Origin: Anthoceros angustus
Taxonomy: Eukaryota > Plantae > Anthocerotophyta
Assembly: GCA_010909165.1 (NCBI GenBank)
Contig: MU008158.1
Coordinates: forward strand, 3,543,897-3,606,971
DNA length: 63,075 nt
Direction of reading: 5' to 3'
Below, one piece after another: positions 24,551-36,800 of the stretch (its first letter is position 1; every line of letters begins with the position of its first letter). The notes beneath the pieces were generated by a model. The model saw nothing but the letters and a program-made list of their open reading frames with translations, made no database searches and was not told where the DNA came from. The translations under genes and the position numbers were made by a program.

Positions 24551-24745
24551 ATGGTCTCCGTCCACCGGGCCCAGGCCTTCCTTCCTGGGCCCATGGGCCC
24601 CTGGTCTCCGTCCACCGGGCCCAGGCCTTCCTTCCTGGGCCCATGCCTTCCTTCCTGGGCCCCTGCCAGGGTCCTTGAACACGAGGACAAATTCTGGGCA
24701 GCTGCCTGGGCCTGGGTTTGGGCCTGGGCCTGGGCCAGGTTCCTT
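24551..24745. repeat. GC-rich local repeats upstream of PPO A (50-bp duplication plus CCTGGG hexamers)
   Basis: TGGTCTCCGTCCACCGGGCCCAGGCCTTCCTTCCTGGGCCCATG occurs at 24552 and 24602, with a (CCTGGG)n-like run at 24705-24736. Confidence 0.8.
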
Positions 24746-26192
24746 GGACAAGAGGACAAATGCTGCACGGGTTGTTGGGTTCTTTTATTCCGGAGACTGG
24801 TGTCTGTCAGCGGTTATGCTGGAAGAGTGGGCTGTTGGACGGTGGGCGGTACTGCAGCAAGGTGAAACAGCTGTGCTCTGGAGACAGCTTGAATGATGAG
24901 AGTCTGTAAGAGCAAGCTTGTTATCAGACTCGTATCTACCACGGTCTACATTCGTACGTACTACATACAATATTATTTTACAGTGCCACCAGCAATGCAT
25001 ACATCTAGATGCCCGTGCCGATGAACGGTCCAAGCAAGAGCACTGATGGAAGAGCCCGCACAGGAGGCTCCTGGGAGCGTCACACGCATCACGATGCGTT
25101 GCACTATGCCCGAACGGCATCAGGGTGTTTCGAGCACGGTAGCCATCAGATGATTCATAGGGTGCGCTAGCGCTTTTCGTCTGTGTGTGGCCGCGCCGGT
25201 GTCGTGTGCGGGGCCCGCATCGATGAAAAAGTGCGAGCGAAGAAGGAAGAAGGGGTCCAGCCGCCGTACCCCGACTTGCTTCACGGCCCGCGAGGATGAA
25301 CTGCGAGCCAGGAGCCAGGAGCCAGGAAGGAAGAAACGGCCAAGCCGGAGCATCTCTGGTCACCGGTTGCGGGATCAGTCATACTCTATGATCAAGTCCT
25401 CTGCAGGCCGCTGGAGAAACACTTTCTTAAACTCCGTAGATGCAATGGAGGGGCACCTACCCACTCACGGAGATATGCCCCATGCCCATCGAGTACCGAG
25501 TAGGCCTGACAGGCTGGTAGCTAGGAAAACACCCAAGAGGTGCTTGTCGAGATGGGTTCGTCAGACAGCTTTGCATGGAGGGGCTGAAAAAGGCCCCTGC
25601 TTGTACACATGCTTTGAAAACTGAGAGTCAAGTCACTATAAAAAGAAACGGCCAAGCCGGCGCATCGCGATTCGCCACGTATCATCCAAGCATACATATG
25701 ACCATGCGAGCATGTGAGCATGTGAGCATGTATTTCAGCATGTAGGCAACAACAGTAGGGCCCTGCGTCACAACAGTTGCGAGGCAGGAGGACGGATCGG
25801 TGGGGTCACTGGGGACGGTATTTCCCTGTCGTCTAGTTTTGTCACTGACTCATTCCGCAAGCTTCCAGCACTTATTTTCATCAGAATCTCTTCAGATTTT
25901 GCCAGTTGTGGCGGCCACACATATATGCCCCAGGGCCCAGGGACGGTCCTGAGCACGTGATCTTCCTGAGGGGCATCCGATTCCACACCTGTCATTTCAA
26001 GATCGAACTCGGTTTGAGTGTGACTTTGTCGTCTGAGCCCTCTAACCTAGACTACGGAGGTATGTATGTGCTTGTGAGGACAATTTTACATGTACACACT
26101 TACACAACGAAATGAGGATGTCGATTTCAACACTAAAAATCAACAAGAATCGCTAGGAGCTAGCTGACAGGGAGCTGAATGCAAGCACTGCG

Positions 26193-27674
26193 TCAAGCTT
26201 GGGAATGGGCTTGGGCTTCTTGTGCTGCAGAAGAGGCGTCGTAGGCGATCCAGGGATTTTCCACCTCCTGGTAGGTGTATTTGAGCTGGGCCGAGTCCAG
26301 GCCGTCCGCAACTGTGACTCTCACAAGCTCCCCAAACTCGTCGTAGAAAAAGAATGCAGCATCGAGGCAGTCTGGGTCATCGTAGTTGCTCCTTCCCTCC
26401 AGCCCCTGGCAGGTGAGAGTCTCATTAGCCATAGATCGAGCCGCATTGCAAGAGCAACAAACAAAATTGAAATGCGATAGTGAAAGGAAATGAAATGCCC
26501 ACCAGCCAAACGTTCCACATCCTGTCGACATTGGCGTGGTGCGGAAAGAAGAGCGGGTCTCGAACAGCGTGGTAAGTGACACCCATGTCCGCAAACGAGT
26601 GTTCCGGGTCTCCCAGCCAAATGTGGACTGCGAGATGCGCTTGCGCCTCAAAGCCCTCCGCCCATGTGGCGTAATCCGGGATGTCCTCACCTGCTCGCAC
26701 CGGGTAAGATAAGAAGGGGCCCTTGTCGCCGTGCGCGGTGCTCTCCACGATCACTCTGTGCAGATGCGCGTTGTTGGCTTTCCGTTGCTCTGCAATCTCC
26801 TCCGGGGAGAATGCGGAGTATCCCTCCCGGGCGGAGTCCACGTTGAGATTGACCAGCGTAAGGGGAGCTCCGGGCCGGTGCCGGGGATGGCGGTTGTAGC
26901 TGAAGAGGCCTGGGAAATTGTGGAGGTCGCGCATGAAGGGGGGGACGACGTTGGGCAGGGGGTCGTAGTCGGGGCTCTGGTTGTCCCAGTTCCAGAAGGG
27001 GAGGGCGAAGGAGTCGTCTTCCACCAGCGTTGCGAGGATGCGTTCGAAGAAGAAGGTATACCTGCAGCACGCACGATTCCATGACAGAAGCATGAATATC
27101 TGGAGTGGAGCATGCAAAATTTCCAGATTGCAATGCTGCAGCAGGGGAATGAAGGACTTGGGGTTTGTTCGAAATCATGGTACCAGCGATGGAAGGGGAA
27201 GAAGAGCCAGCTGTTGTGCACCACGTATCTGAGGTCGGGGCGGCCGGGCTGGTGCACCACGCCAGGGCTGCCGTAAATGCAATGGAAGTTCATCTGCAGG
27301 AAGAGCGACCGGGGATCGGTGTTGGGCAGCGCCTTCACTCTCTGGTACGCCAGGTCCAGCTGCCGCAGATAGGTGTCATTGTGCGCAAGCAGATGCGCAG
27401 GGCGTCGCACCACGGGCTGCCTGCTCCGAAGCCCGCTCTGCTCCACGTACTCATCCCAGGTCTTGTACAGGGGCTCGGGCTTGCGCAGCAGCGCCTCCAG
27501 CTTGCAGCAATTCGGCCACAGGTTGCCGATCTTGGCGGGCCACTGCGGCTGGGTGTCGCAGTCCCAGAAGTCAGCCGAAATGGGGGCTGCCTCCACCGCT
27601 GCCAATGCAGAGCCCAGCAGCAGCAGCAGCAGCGGCAGCTGCTGCAAGGTTCCCGGGTCGTGGAAGCCTTTCAT
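26193..27674 (-). CDS. PPO: Polyphenol oxidase B, secreted short type (420 aa, 3 exons)
   Basis: ATG at 27674 (the ORF track starts at an upstream GTG). Exons 27674-27184, 27061-26503 and 26405-26193; introns of 122 and 97 bp at the same positions as in the paralogs. CuA HCIYG...HNSWLFFPFHRW; CuB EAQAHLAVHIW...DPLFFPHHANVDRMW. Confidence 0.95.
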
Positions 27675-28254
27675 GGATACCACACCACTGCTGCAGAGGA
27701 GCTGGAAGCCAGAAGGTAGGCCATCTCCAATTTCAACCTCACCATGCTAACTAGACTAGCAACATCCACCGCTCCGCCGAGACATTTGCGTGCAGAAATC
27801 AAACACCCCACGGTCGCTACCCACGAGAGCTACCGCTCTGCTGGGCGTGCTGTAGTGTACATTATTTTACTGTTGCTCGGTGGGACCAAGTCGCGGCTCC
27901 AAAGTGTAGCCGAGTCCACCGCCGACGAGTCCGGACTCCGGGGACCCCACAGGTCAGGACTCAGGAAGGCACACTGGCAGCGTCCCGAGCCCCCGGTACC
28001 AATTAATATTCCAATCGCAAGATGCGACCAACCCACCCAGCCGCCCATGGGTGCGGCTGCAGCTAGGGTTCAACGTGTCGGGCGGAGCGGTAAAAGAGCC
28101 ACCGCGTGTCCGATGCTGCAGTTTCCAGACGCCCAAGGACATGTGCCAGGACAAGCCACAGTCGCAGTGTCAGCTCGTGTTTGAACTTCGAACATTGTGA
28201 CCCAGCCACCCTCCATTCCTGTGCGCTCCACCTGTGGTCTGTGCCGCTGCTAGA

Positions 28255-28531
28255 CTAGTACTGCACCCAGGCCAGCGCAAACTGCGTGGCCCCGGGAGAA
28301 GGTGACCTTCGCGTCCTGTACAATGTACGCACTAGGCACTGCTCTCCTCACAAAGTCACGAGCCATGGCTTCCGCTTCCGTCATGCAGAACCTGTCCAGG
28401 TTCCAAAACATATACCACAATTCCATCCACAAGGACGAGAGTCGTCACACTATCGGCAGAGCTGCCCTTTTTTTGAAAAACTTATTCCGAGTGAAATATT
28501 TTAATGTAAATTAAATAGACAGACATATAGA
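28255..28531 (-). mobile_element. Short non-autonomous Helitron (277 bp)
   Basis: The minus strand begins A|TCTATATGTCTGTCTATTTAAT. It ends with a GC-rich imperfect hairpin GGCCACGCA-GTT-TGCGCTGGCC, an 11-nt spacer and CTAG|T. It sits between A and T with no TSD. Confidence 0.75.
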
Positions 28532-28719
28532 TGCTCGGAGTACGACAACGAGTGCCTGTGGCCCTGTTGCGCAGTTGCCTCTACCAAAGGGGCCGGCACT
28601 GACCACAACAACGATGACAGGAGAAGGCAGAAAGCAGAAAGCGGCATGATGCATTTCTGCTTTCTGCTCGTGTAGTATGTTGGCAGGCGCGGGAAGCCTG
28701 GAACAGACCCTGATCCTGA

Positions 28720-30311
28720 TTATGCTTCCGCGTGCTGTGGGAATGTTTGTTGGTGTTGTGAGGCGTTGTAGGTGAGCCAGGGGTTCTCCACTTGCTGGTA
28801 CCTGTATCCCAACAGGTCTGAGTGGAGGCAATCTGCAACAGTGACTTTCACGACCTCGGCGTTCTCATCGTAGAAGTAGAAAGCGGCATCCAGGAAGTCA
28901 GGGTCGTCGAAGTTGCTCCTCCCTTCCAGCCCCTACAAATGCATCAGTTACAGCACCCCCGGTAAGGAAGGAAATTGGAATACTGTACCGAGCCCAATTG
29001 GAAATTGAAATTGGGCAAGACGCTACGCCACGGGAGAATGAGACAACTCGAGCTCACCAGCCAGACGTTCCAGAGCCTGTCCACGTTGGCGTGGTGCAGG
29101 AAGAAGAGGGGGTCACGGACGGCGTGGTAAGTGACGCCCATGTCAGCGTAGGAGTGGGCCTTGTCTCCCACCCAGAAATGCACCGCGATGTGCGCCTGCG
29201 ATTCGAAGGTGCCCTGGAATTCTGAGAAGTCGGGAACCAGGGCGCCTTCCCTGGCGGGGAAGGAGAGGAAGGGCTCCCGCTCGCCGTTGGCGGTGCGCTT
29301 CACAATCACCTTGTGCAAGTGCGCGTTGTTCATGGCCCGTTGCGCGGCCATTTCCTCGGCCGAGTACGCTGAGTAGCCTTCAAACACCAACTCCTTGATG
29401 CAATTCACCACGGTCCTGGGCGCGCTCGGCTCGTGCCGGGGGTCCCGGTATTTGTTGTACAGCCCCGGGTAGCGATCGGGGTCTTTCATGAAGCCCGGGA
29501 TGGCGTGCGGGAGCTCGTGCTCCAACTCGGAGCTCTGGTTGTCCCAGTTCCAGAATGGCAGCGCGAAGCTGTCATCGCCCACCAGCTTGGCCAGAGTCCG
29601 CTCGTAGAAGAAGGTGAACCTGCAATGACCCACGAGGCAGTGAGAGTGCGCATTGGCATTGCTTTGCAGCAGCTCCTCACACATTGAAACAGTTCTCACA
29701 ACAGCCTTGAAAATTTGAAGCAACAGCAAAAACGTGGGTTGCTATGCAACCTCACCAGCGTTGGAACCCTTGAGGGAGAAGCAGAAATTGCAAGCTTACC
29801 AGCGGTGGAAGGGGAAGAAGAGCCAGTTGGAATGCACGGTGTAATCGAGGGCCAGGGCCCCGGCCTGCGGCACCACGCCCTGCACACCGTAGATGCAGTG
29901 GAGGTTCATCTGCTGGAATTGGGACCTGGGGTCGGAGTCGGGGATGGCGCGGATGAGCCGATACGCAAGGTCCAGCTGCCGGAGGTACGTCTCGTTGCCG
30001 GCCACCAAATGCGCGGCCGGGCGGACGCGGGGCTCGCGGGGCAGCGGGTTCTGCTCCAGATACTGCTGCCAGCTCTTGTGCTCCGGCTCCGTTTGCAGCC
30101 GCATCAGCTCCGCGTGGCTGCAGCAGTTGGGTATCCTGGTGCCGAAGGTGACATTGAAGTCCAAGTCCGGGCGCGGGTTGCACGCCCAGAAAGCAGGTTG
30201 CAGAGGGGCCGCTTGCAATTGCACTGCCTCAAGCACCAGCAGCGCCATGGCGGCCAGGAAAAGCATGCGCATGCGCATTCCAACTGCTACCGGTACCGGT
30301 GAAGATGCCAT
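28720..30311 (-). CDS. PPO: Polyphenol oxidase C, secreted short type (about 428 aa, 3 exons; start uncertain)
   Basis: Exons 30311-29800 (in-frame upstream ATG at 30374 is possible), 29619-29058 and 28932-28720; introns of 180 and 125 bp. CuA HCIYG...HSNWLFFPFHRW; CuB ESQAHIAVHFW...DPLFFLHHANVDRLW. Exon 3 (GLEGRSNFDDPDFLD...QHAEA*) is absent from the ORF track and was translated by hand. Confidence 0.93.
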
Positions 30312-32191
30312 GACCGGGTGCTCTCTCCTGATCCCACGGGCTTGCCACTGCAAAGCCTCGGAGTCCATCATCATCCCGCGGAGGAGGACGGAGGAGGGCT
30401 ATCTATACGCCAGCCACCACCCGAGAGCCGCCTTTGCCTTCAATCATATATATGCTGCACACTTGGTCAAGGGTGTTCATAACAACTCACAGGCTTACAA
30501 CCTGTAGCTACCTTCTCTGCGCCGTCCAGCAAGCTTCTGTCCTTCTTCTTCAACACACTCCAACATAAGCAGCTTCCTCAGGCTCCTTGTGCATCCTTCA
30601 CACAATTATTTCCTTACACGTAAGCTAAGCGCATGGGGCCAGCCCTAATCACAGTACACGCACGACGCCAGACTACTCTTCCATCTAACACCAACTTATG
30701 TACCTACCACTTCGCTTTTGACAGGAACAAGCACTGGAAACTGCATACTGTATGGACCCCTTGGTGGTCTGTACCACTTTGCTTGACAGGAGCAAGCTTG
30801 CACTGCAAACTAGATACTGTTTGCACCCCTTCGCCGTCCTCTTTTCGTGGGTCCTGGGTGACATCTGTTTTTTGTGGTTTCATATGCAGGCTCTGCCTGC
30901 TTGTTGCTACTTCTGGCAAGAGCTAGACATATCTGTTGGTGCCCCTGTTTCGCACTTCATTGTCATATTTCATTTCCAAAGTCTGAAAGATTTACCGCAA
31001 ACTGTATGCACCCCCTCCTTTGATGCGTCTCCTGCATGAGTGCATACGTACAGTCCTTCTCTGTTGGAAATCGCTGATGTAAGTGGTTGATCGTTCGGTC
31101 GTGCTGTACAGCATGTCAGCAGGGGATGACTCCAAAAGAAGTAGAAAGACCTAATCTAGCAAAGCCATCTGCAACAGGAAAAATCCAGCTTCTGAGCAAT
31201 GCACTGGGAAAAGGTCCAAGAATGAGAGACTCCAAAAATATTATTGGCTGTTTCAAGAGTAACAATTCCCACCCATGACGCAGGAACATGCAGCAGCAGT
31301 ACAGAGAGAAGATTGGACTACATGGAAAGCCAGGAGCTTCATCAAAGGCGTTGCCCGGAACGGTTTCATCCCTTGCAGGAATGCCCGCTCCCTGTCCCAA
31401 GAGCTGCTCAACATTGTAGGTACTGGGAAGAGCTCCTGGCCATCTCCAAGTTTGCCACACCAGGGCCCGCTTCCCCGCAACGTTGCATCAACCTGCACCC
31501 TTCGAGGCCAAGGAATCCGGTGCTGCTACCTTCGCAACCTTGCACCCCTCGGCCATGACAGCCCGTTTCACATGGCGCTTTTCCGGTGTGGGTTGCCAGA
31601 AGATTTATGGACTCGAGCCACGAACTTCCATGGCGGACGAAGTCACTACACAGCAACTGCAGGTGGTGAAGCACAATTCCTTTGCGGAGTGCCCGATTCT
31701 ACTGCCTGCCGCTGGGCCAGTTGTGAAGGTGAGTAAATCTCCCTTCTACCTCTGCCTTTTTATTCTGCTTATTCAGTTCCAAAAGATAACGAGCGCGTGC
31801 CAGGCTTAGGATTAGAGTTTGTATGGGGAATGAGTGGAATTCGGGAACATGTGAACAATTTCCATGCTCTGGATGGCTCGCTCCTGCATACCCGGAGCGA
31901 CTCTAACCATCTCCTGAGCAGCTCTTCCAATGAGGCCAGAAGAACCTGGTTGCCTCTCAAATTTTCGCCCTGTTGGCCCGGGTAGTACCCAGTGGGTACG
32001 AGGGAATGGCTTTTGTGCTACTGCTGCCATGTATATTTGGCGGAGCATTAGAAAATAAGTGGTTGTCCTCGTCTGCTGCATACGCTGCGTGTGGTTCCGT
32101 CACTCAATGGTCGTGACCAGTACCTCAAACCTTTTTGTGGAAGCCAGTCTCGGGAGGTGACCGGTGCCTTGAGACCATTAATATTAGACAC

Positions 32192-32535
32192 CTAACTGAT
32201 TACCCAGTTTGCGACACGAAATTAGACACTCTCCAAGAGACCTCCACGCAAGCTTCCAGAAAGAGAATGGATGGGAGTCACCAAGCAAACTGCTACTGCG
32301 TCTGGAGCTTTGATTGCCTGGGAATGCCCTGGAGATGGGTTGTCGTGGGAGAGGCTGAATTCTAACTGATTCCCCTATTTGCCACAAAATAATAGACTTC
32401 TCTCCAAGACACGTTCAGGCAAGCTTCCAAGAATTAAGAGAACGAATGGGAGTCATCAAGCAGCTGCTACTGTGTCTCTAGCTTTGATTTCTTGGGAATG
32501 CCCAGGACATGGTTGTCGAGGAAGAGGCTGAATCG
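32192..32535. repeat. Diverged tandem duplication (about 170 bp) of the PPO C-terminus and 3' flank
   Basis: Units start CTAACTGATT at about 32192 and 32362 and end GAGGCTGAAT. A partial third copy lies at about 33350-33425. Confidence 0.8.
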
Positions 32536-32716
32536 GCTGCTGCGTCACAGGTGACCCATTCATTCTCGACCTCTTGGTACCTGTGTATTATAGAAGGTCG
32601 GAATTGAGACATTCGGCAACAGTGACTCTCATCTCCCTTTTCTCATCGTAGAAGTAAAACGCAGTGTTCAGGAAGTTTGGGGTCATCATAATAATATTGC
32701 TCCTGCCCTCAAGTCC
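32490..32716 (-). pseudogene. PPO: Orphan PPO exon 3 relic
   Basis: Acceptor TTGTTCAG is followed by GLEGRSN...PNFLNTAFYFYDEK..RVTVAECLNSDLL*...EVENEWVT, with frameshifts and a stop. It is closest to PPO D exon 3 (43768-43995). No exons 1-2 lie upstream. Confidence 0.9.
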
Positions 32717-33119
32717 CTGAACAACGAACCACAAGAGATGCCGCCAAGGGATAGCTAGAAATGAGCTGACCACCATGCTTATTTGACAATTATTTGTTGC
32801 TTGTCAACTTTTGGTATCAACAGTACTGTTGTCCTCTCAGGACGTAGAGAATTAGATGCAAGTTAAACTTGCCAAATGGTGCGATGGAAAACTTATTCGA
32901 ACTGTTTGTAACTCCTCAAAAGGTGCAAGAAGTCAAGAAGGATCCGCTGCTGTTGCTAACACTCTATCACTCGGACTTAGTGATATATGTCATGCAGCTC
33001 CACTGGACGGACACCGTTCGCACTGTGAAGTGGACATACCGGGCAGTTGTTCGTTCTGGGTATTATTTTGGGCCTGCGATCTGGCGGCCATTTCCTCTTC
33101 TCCTTTTCCAATCCCAGTT

Positions 33120-33345
33120 CTGCCAGTGGTTTAGGATATCTTTCGGGAAGTGGAATGAAGCTAATACACACGAGTCATTCCGTTTTTGTAGCACGTAACG
33201 GACATGACAGAGACAAAACGTTCTTGATTGCTACATCCTTGGTGCCATCCATACATATGTCTGTCGCTCCCTGACGCCACCAATGTTATTTAGGTTTGCT
33301 GCTTGGACAATCCCGATCCAAACCGTTGGGGCCTGCGGCAGTAGG
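33120..33345 (-). repeat. Inverted homolog of the PPO D 3' flank (44180-44425)
   Basis: TGCCAGTGGTTTAGGA, TGGAATGAAGCTAAT, TTTTTGTAGCACGT, TTGGTGCCATCCATACATA and CCCGATCCAAACCGTTGGGGC are the collinear reverse complements of blocks in 44190-44423. Confidence 0.85.
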
Positions 33346-33818
33346 GGACAACTAGCTCATTCCCCTGTTTGCCACACGAAAAACGGACTTAATTCCTCCA
33401 AGTGACAGTGCGGAAGCTTCCAATTTGAGCTACCGAAATGCAGTACTTTAACAAATGGACCTATTATGTCTTCCACCCACAAGCGGGAGGATAACGTCCT
33501 CAAGATGAGTATTCAAACAAATGCTCTGACAGTTGTCCATGTGATTCGGTTGCTCATATTAAATAGTGACGAGCATGAGCAGGATTGCTTGAAAATAGAA
33601 TCAGACTGTTCGTTATGATTGAATTACATTTGTATGTGTGTGTGCCTTTTAGCCAGGTAGAGGGTTCCTATCATGCCTATCAAGAGTGAAGCAATGCGCC
33701 TCTTCATCAGGCGGTATGTGTTCTTAACTGTCTTGGTGTCTAACACGTTGCATAACCTGTACGTCTGAATTCCTATACTCCCCCTCAGACATGACAGCCT
33801 AGTTTGTAACAGGATAGA

Positions 33819-36800
33819 TGTGAAATTGTGAGATTGTGTATTTGCTTAGATTGAATGTTCTTGTTCAATGTTATGTACAGACGTGTGAGAGAACGAAACG
33901 CTGTGTCTGTGACCTAACCGTTCATTCGAATACCGTTCGATATTTTTGACACTATGAACCGTGCCCTAAGGGCTAGGGGTTATCAATTTAACACTCCCAC
34001 TTAACGTCTAGTCCTTAGGATTCTTAGTCTTCTGATGCATTTCGTTAGTTGCTTGTGATAAGCTCCTAAGTCCCGTCTCAGCTGCGTGTTGCCTGTGCTT
34101 GACGGAGGTAAGTGCTTTGGTTAGCACGTCTGCCGTCATCTGTTCTGTCGGTAAATACAAAACTTCAAATTTACCATCTTCTACCACTTGTCTGATGAAA
34201 TGGAATTGAACTTCTATGTGCTTAGTCCTTGCGTGGAACTTCAGATTGTAAGTGAGTGCTACGGCACTCTGGTTATCGCAGTACAATGGCTGTGGTATCT
34301 GTTGGGCTTCTGCGAGTTCCGATAACTGTAGAAGCTGCCATAGGCCATCCTTGCAAGCATGGGTGAGTGAACAATATTCAGCTTCGGTCGAGCTGAGTGC
34401 CACCACCTGCTGTCGCTTGCTACTCCAACTCGTTGTTGTTCCGCCGAGAATATAATTGTAGCTACTCGTACTTTTTCTGTTGTCGGCGTTCGCTGCCCAA
34501 TCTGCGTCACTATAACCTTCAAGCTGTAGAAGTTGTCCTTGCTGGGTTGACGATTGGTATAAAAGTCCGGTGTTGGAAGTTGCTTTCAAGTATCCGAGCA
34601 CCCGCTTAGTTGCTTTCCAATGAACTTGAGTCGGAGATGCTAAGAATTGAGATAATGCTCCCACTGAAAAGGCAAGGTCCGGTTTGGTACAGACCATGAG
34701 ATACATGAGACTTCCAACAGCAGAAGAATATGGTAGCTGGTTGATGTTAGAAGAGGTCACTGCATGTCGTGGTTCCTCCTCTTTGTTGAGCTTCAAGTTA
34801 ACCTCCATAGGTGTAGAGATAGGTTTAGACTCTAACATGTTGTACTTGGTAAGAACTTCCTGAATATACTTAGACTCGTGAAGGAAAATGCTTCTAGTTG
34901 CCCAATTTCTTAGAATTTGAATGCCTAGACAAAACGAAAGTTCTCGACATGTTGTCATGGAGAAGCTCTTAGCAAGCATTAATCTGGTATCCTCTAAGAT
35001 GCCTTGGAGTTGGACATAAGAACTATGTCATCAACATAAACTCCTAGGATAATAAAATGGTCACTTGATCTCTTGACGTAAATATTACTATCTGATTGTA
35101 GTCTAGTAAAACCTAAGGACTTAAGACTAACATCTAGCTTGAAATACCATTTCATATTTGGCCTTGTCCTTAACTTGTATACCCTCAGGTATTTCCATAT
35201 AGATGGTGTGGTCAAGATCACCGTGTAGAAAGGCTATCTTGATATCTAGTTGCATAAGCTCGTAATCATGATGAGAAGCTAATGCCATAAGAATCCATAA
35301 TGAAGTGATTTTTAGGACGGGACTAAAGGTCTCGTCATAGTCAAGACCATATTTTTGAGAATATCATTTTGCCACTAATCTGGCCTTATATCTTTCTATA
35401 CTACCATCGGCATTTAGTTTTATCTTAAAGGTCCATTTAGAACCCACTAGTTTTCTGTCCTTAGGTAAGATAGTTAGTGTCCAGGTTTTATTAGCTTTTA
35501 AAGATTCTAATTCTGACCTTATTGCTTGTTTTCAATTGCGCAGATGATGGCCTCCTGGTAGCTGGCAGGAACGAACTGGTCTATAGCTACATTAAGACAA
35601 TAAGCTAAATTGTTCTTGGGATCCCGTCAGTTAGTAGGAGAATATCTATTTATTTTACCTGCGTTTGATCGCTGAGGATGTCTACCTCTAGTGCCGTTGA
35701 TATTATCTGGCTGTCCTCGTTGATATCCTCAGAATAAGCATTTGGAATCTCCTCGGCATCTTGCATATGTGTAGGTTGAAAACTTGAATTAGTATTATCA
35801 TTATTGTTAAAATAAAGGTGCCTACTTGCCTTTGGAGTGCCGGGTCGAGGCTGAGGATCATGTGGCCGGAGTCCTCCCCGCGTATGTGAGCCAGGATGCA
35901 TGTAGTGCACTTGTTGCATTAATAGGAAAGCATGCGGACTGTGGCGTGAGAAGCCGGGGATCCGTTCGCGAGGATGAGCCACATCTGCGTCGTGAATTGT
36001 GCAGGTCTGTGGCTTGCCGGGCCGTCGCATCCCGAGAGCTGAGCTGCGTGCCCCCTTCGATCCGAGGGGCTAAGGTCTTTGGGGCCGGGCGTTGTTGCAG
36101 GTGAGGGGGAGTCGAGCTCTTCATCAAGGTCGAAGTCGCCAAACAGGATGCTTGATGGAATCGCTGCTACAGGCTGTGGCGGAGGTCCTGGCTTTGGTGC
36201 AGGTGTAGCTGGTAGTATGGGCTGGGCTGGTGGCGGAGGCTGTGCCGGGGGCTGTGGTGGAGGGTGGCCAGTAGCAAGGGGCGCATAGAACGGAGTCGTC
36301 CTCATCGTTGCTTTGTGCAGGTTGTGGTGCTCCCACTGGCTGGTGTGGCATGTCCTCCAGGAATGTGACATCACGAGAGTGGGTTACTCTGTGAGTTTTG
36401 GGATGAATAATCTTGTAGCCTTTAATGCCATCTGCAAAGCCGATGAACAGGAACTTCTGTGCCCTGTTGTCGAGTTTAGTTCGAATGGCCTTCGGGATGT
36501 GTGCATATACAAGAGCTCCGAAAACCCGTAAGGTGGATAAGTCAGGCTTGGTGCTCGTCCAGGCCTCGTATGGGGTGCCCTCAGATAGGGATGAGGTCAG
36601 TGTTCGATTGCCGATATATACAGCATGTTGCATGGCCTTTGGCCAGTAGCTTGTAGGTAGTTGTGCATGTATCAGCATGGCTAACCCACGGTTCTGTATG
36701 GTTCGATTCATCCGTTCGGCGACCCCGTTTTGTTGAGATGTATAAGGGGTAGTGATTTGTCTGTTGATTCCATGTTCTTTGCAGAAGTGTACAAATTGAG

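Noticed and set aside
30600-32100. Possible decayed Ulp1-like or other TE gene upstream of PPO C
   Set aside because: The motif similarity is too weak to support.
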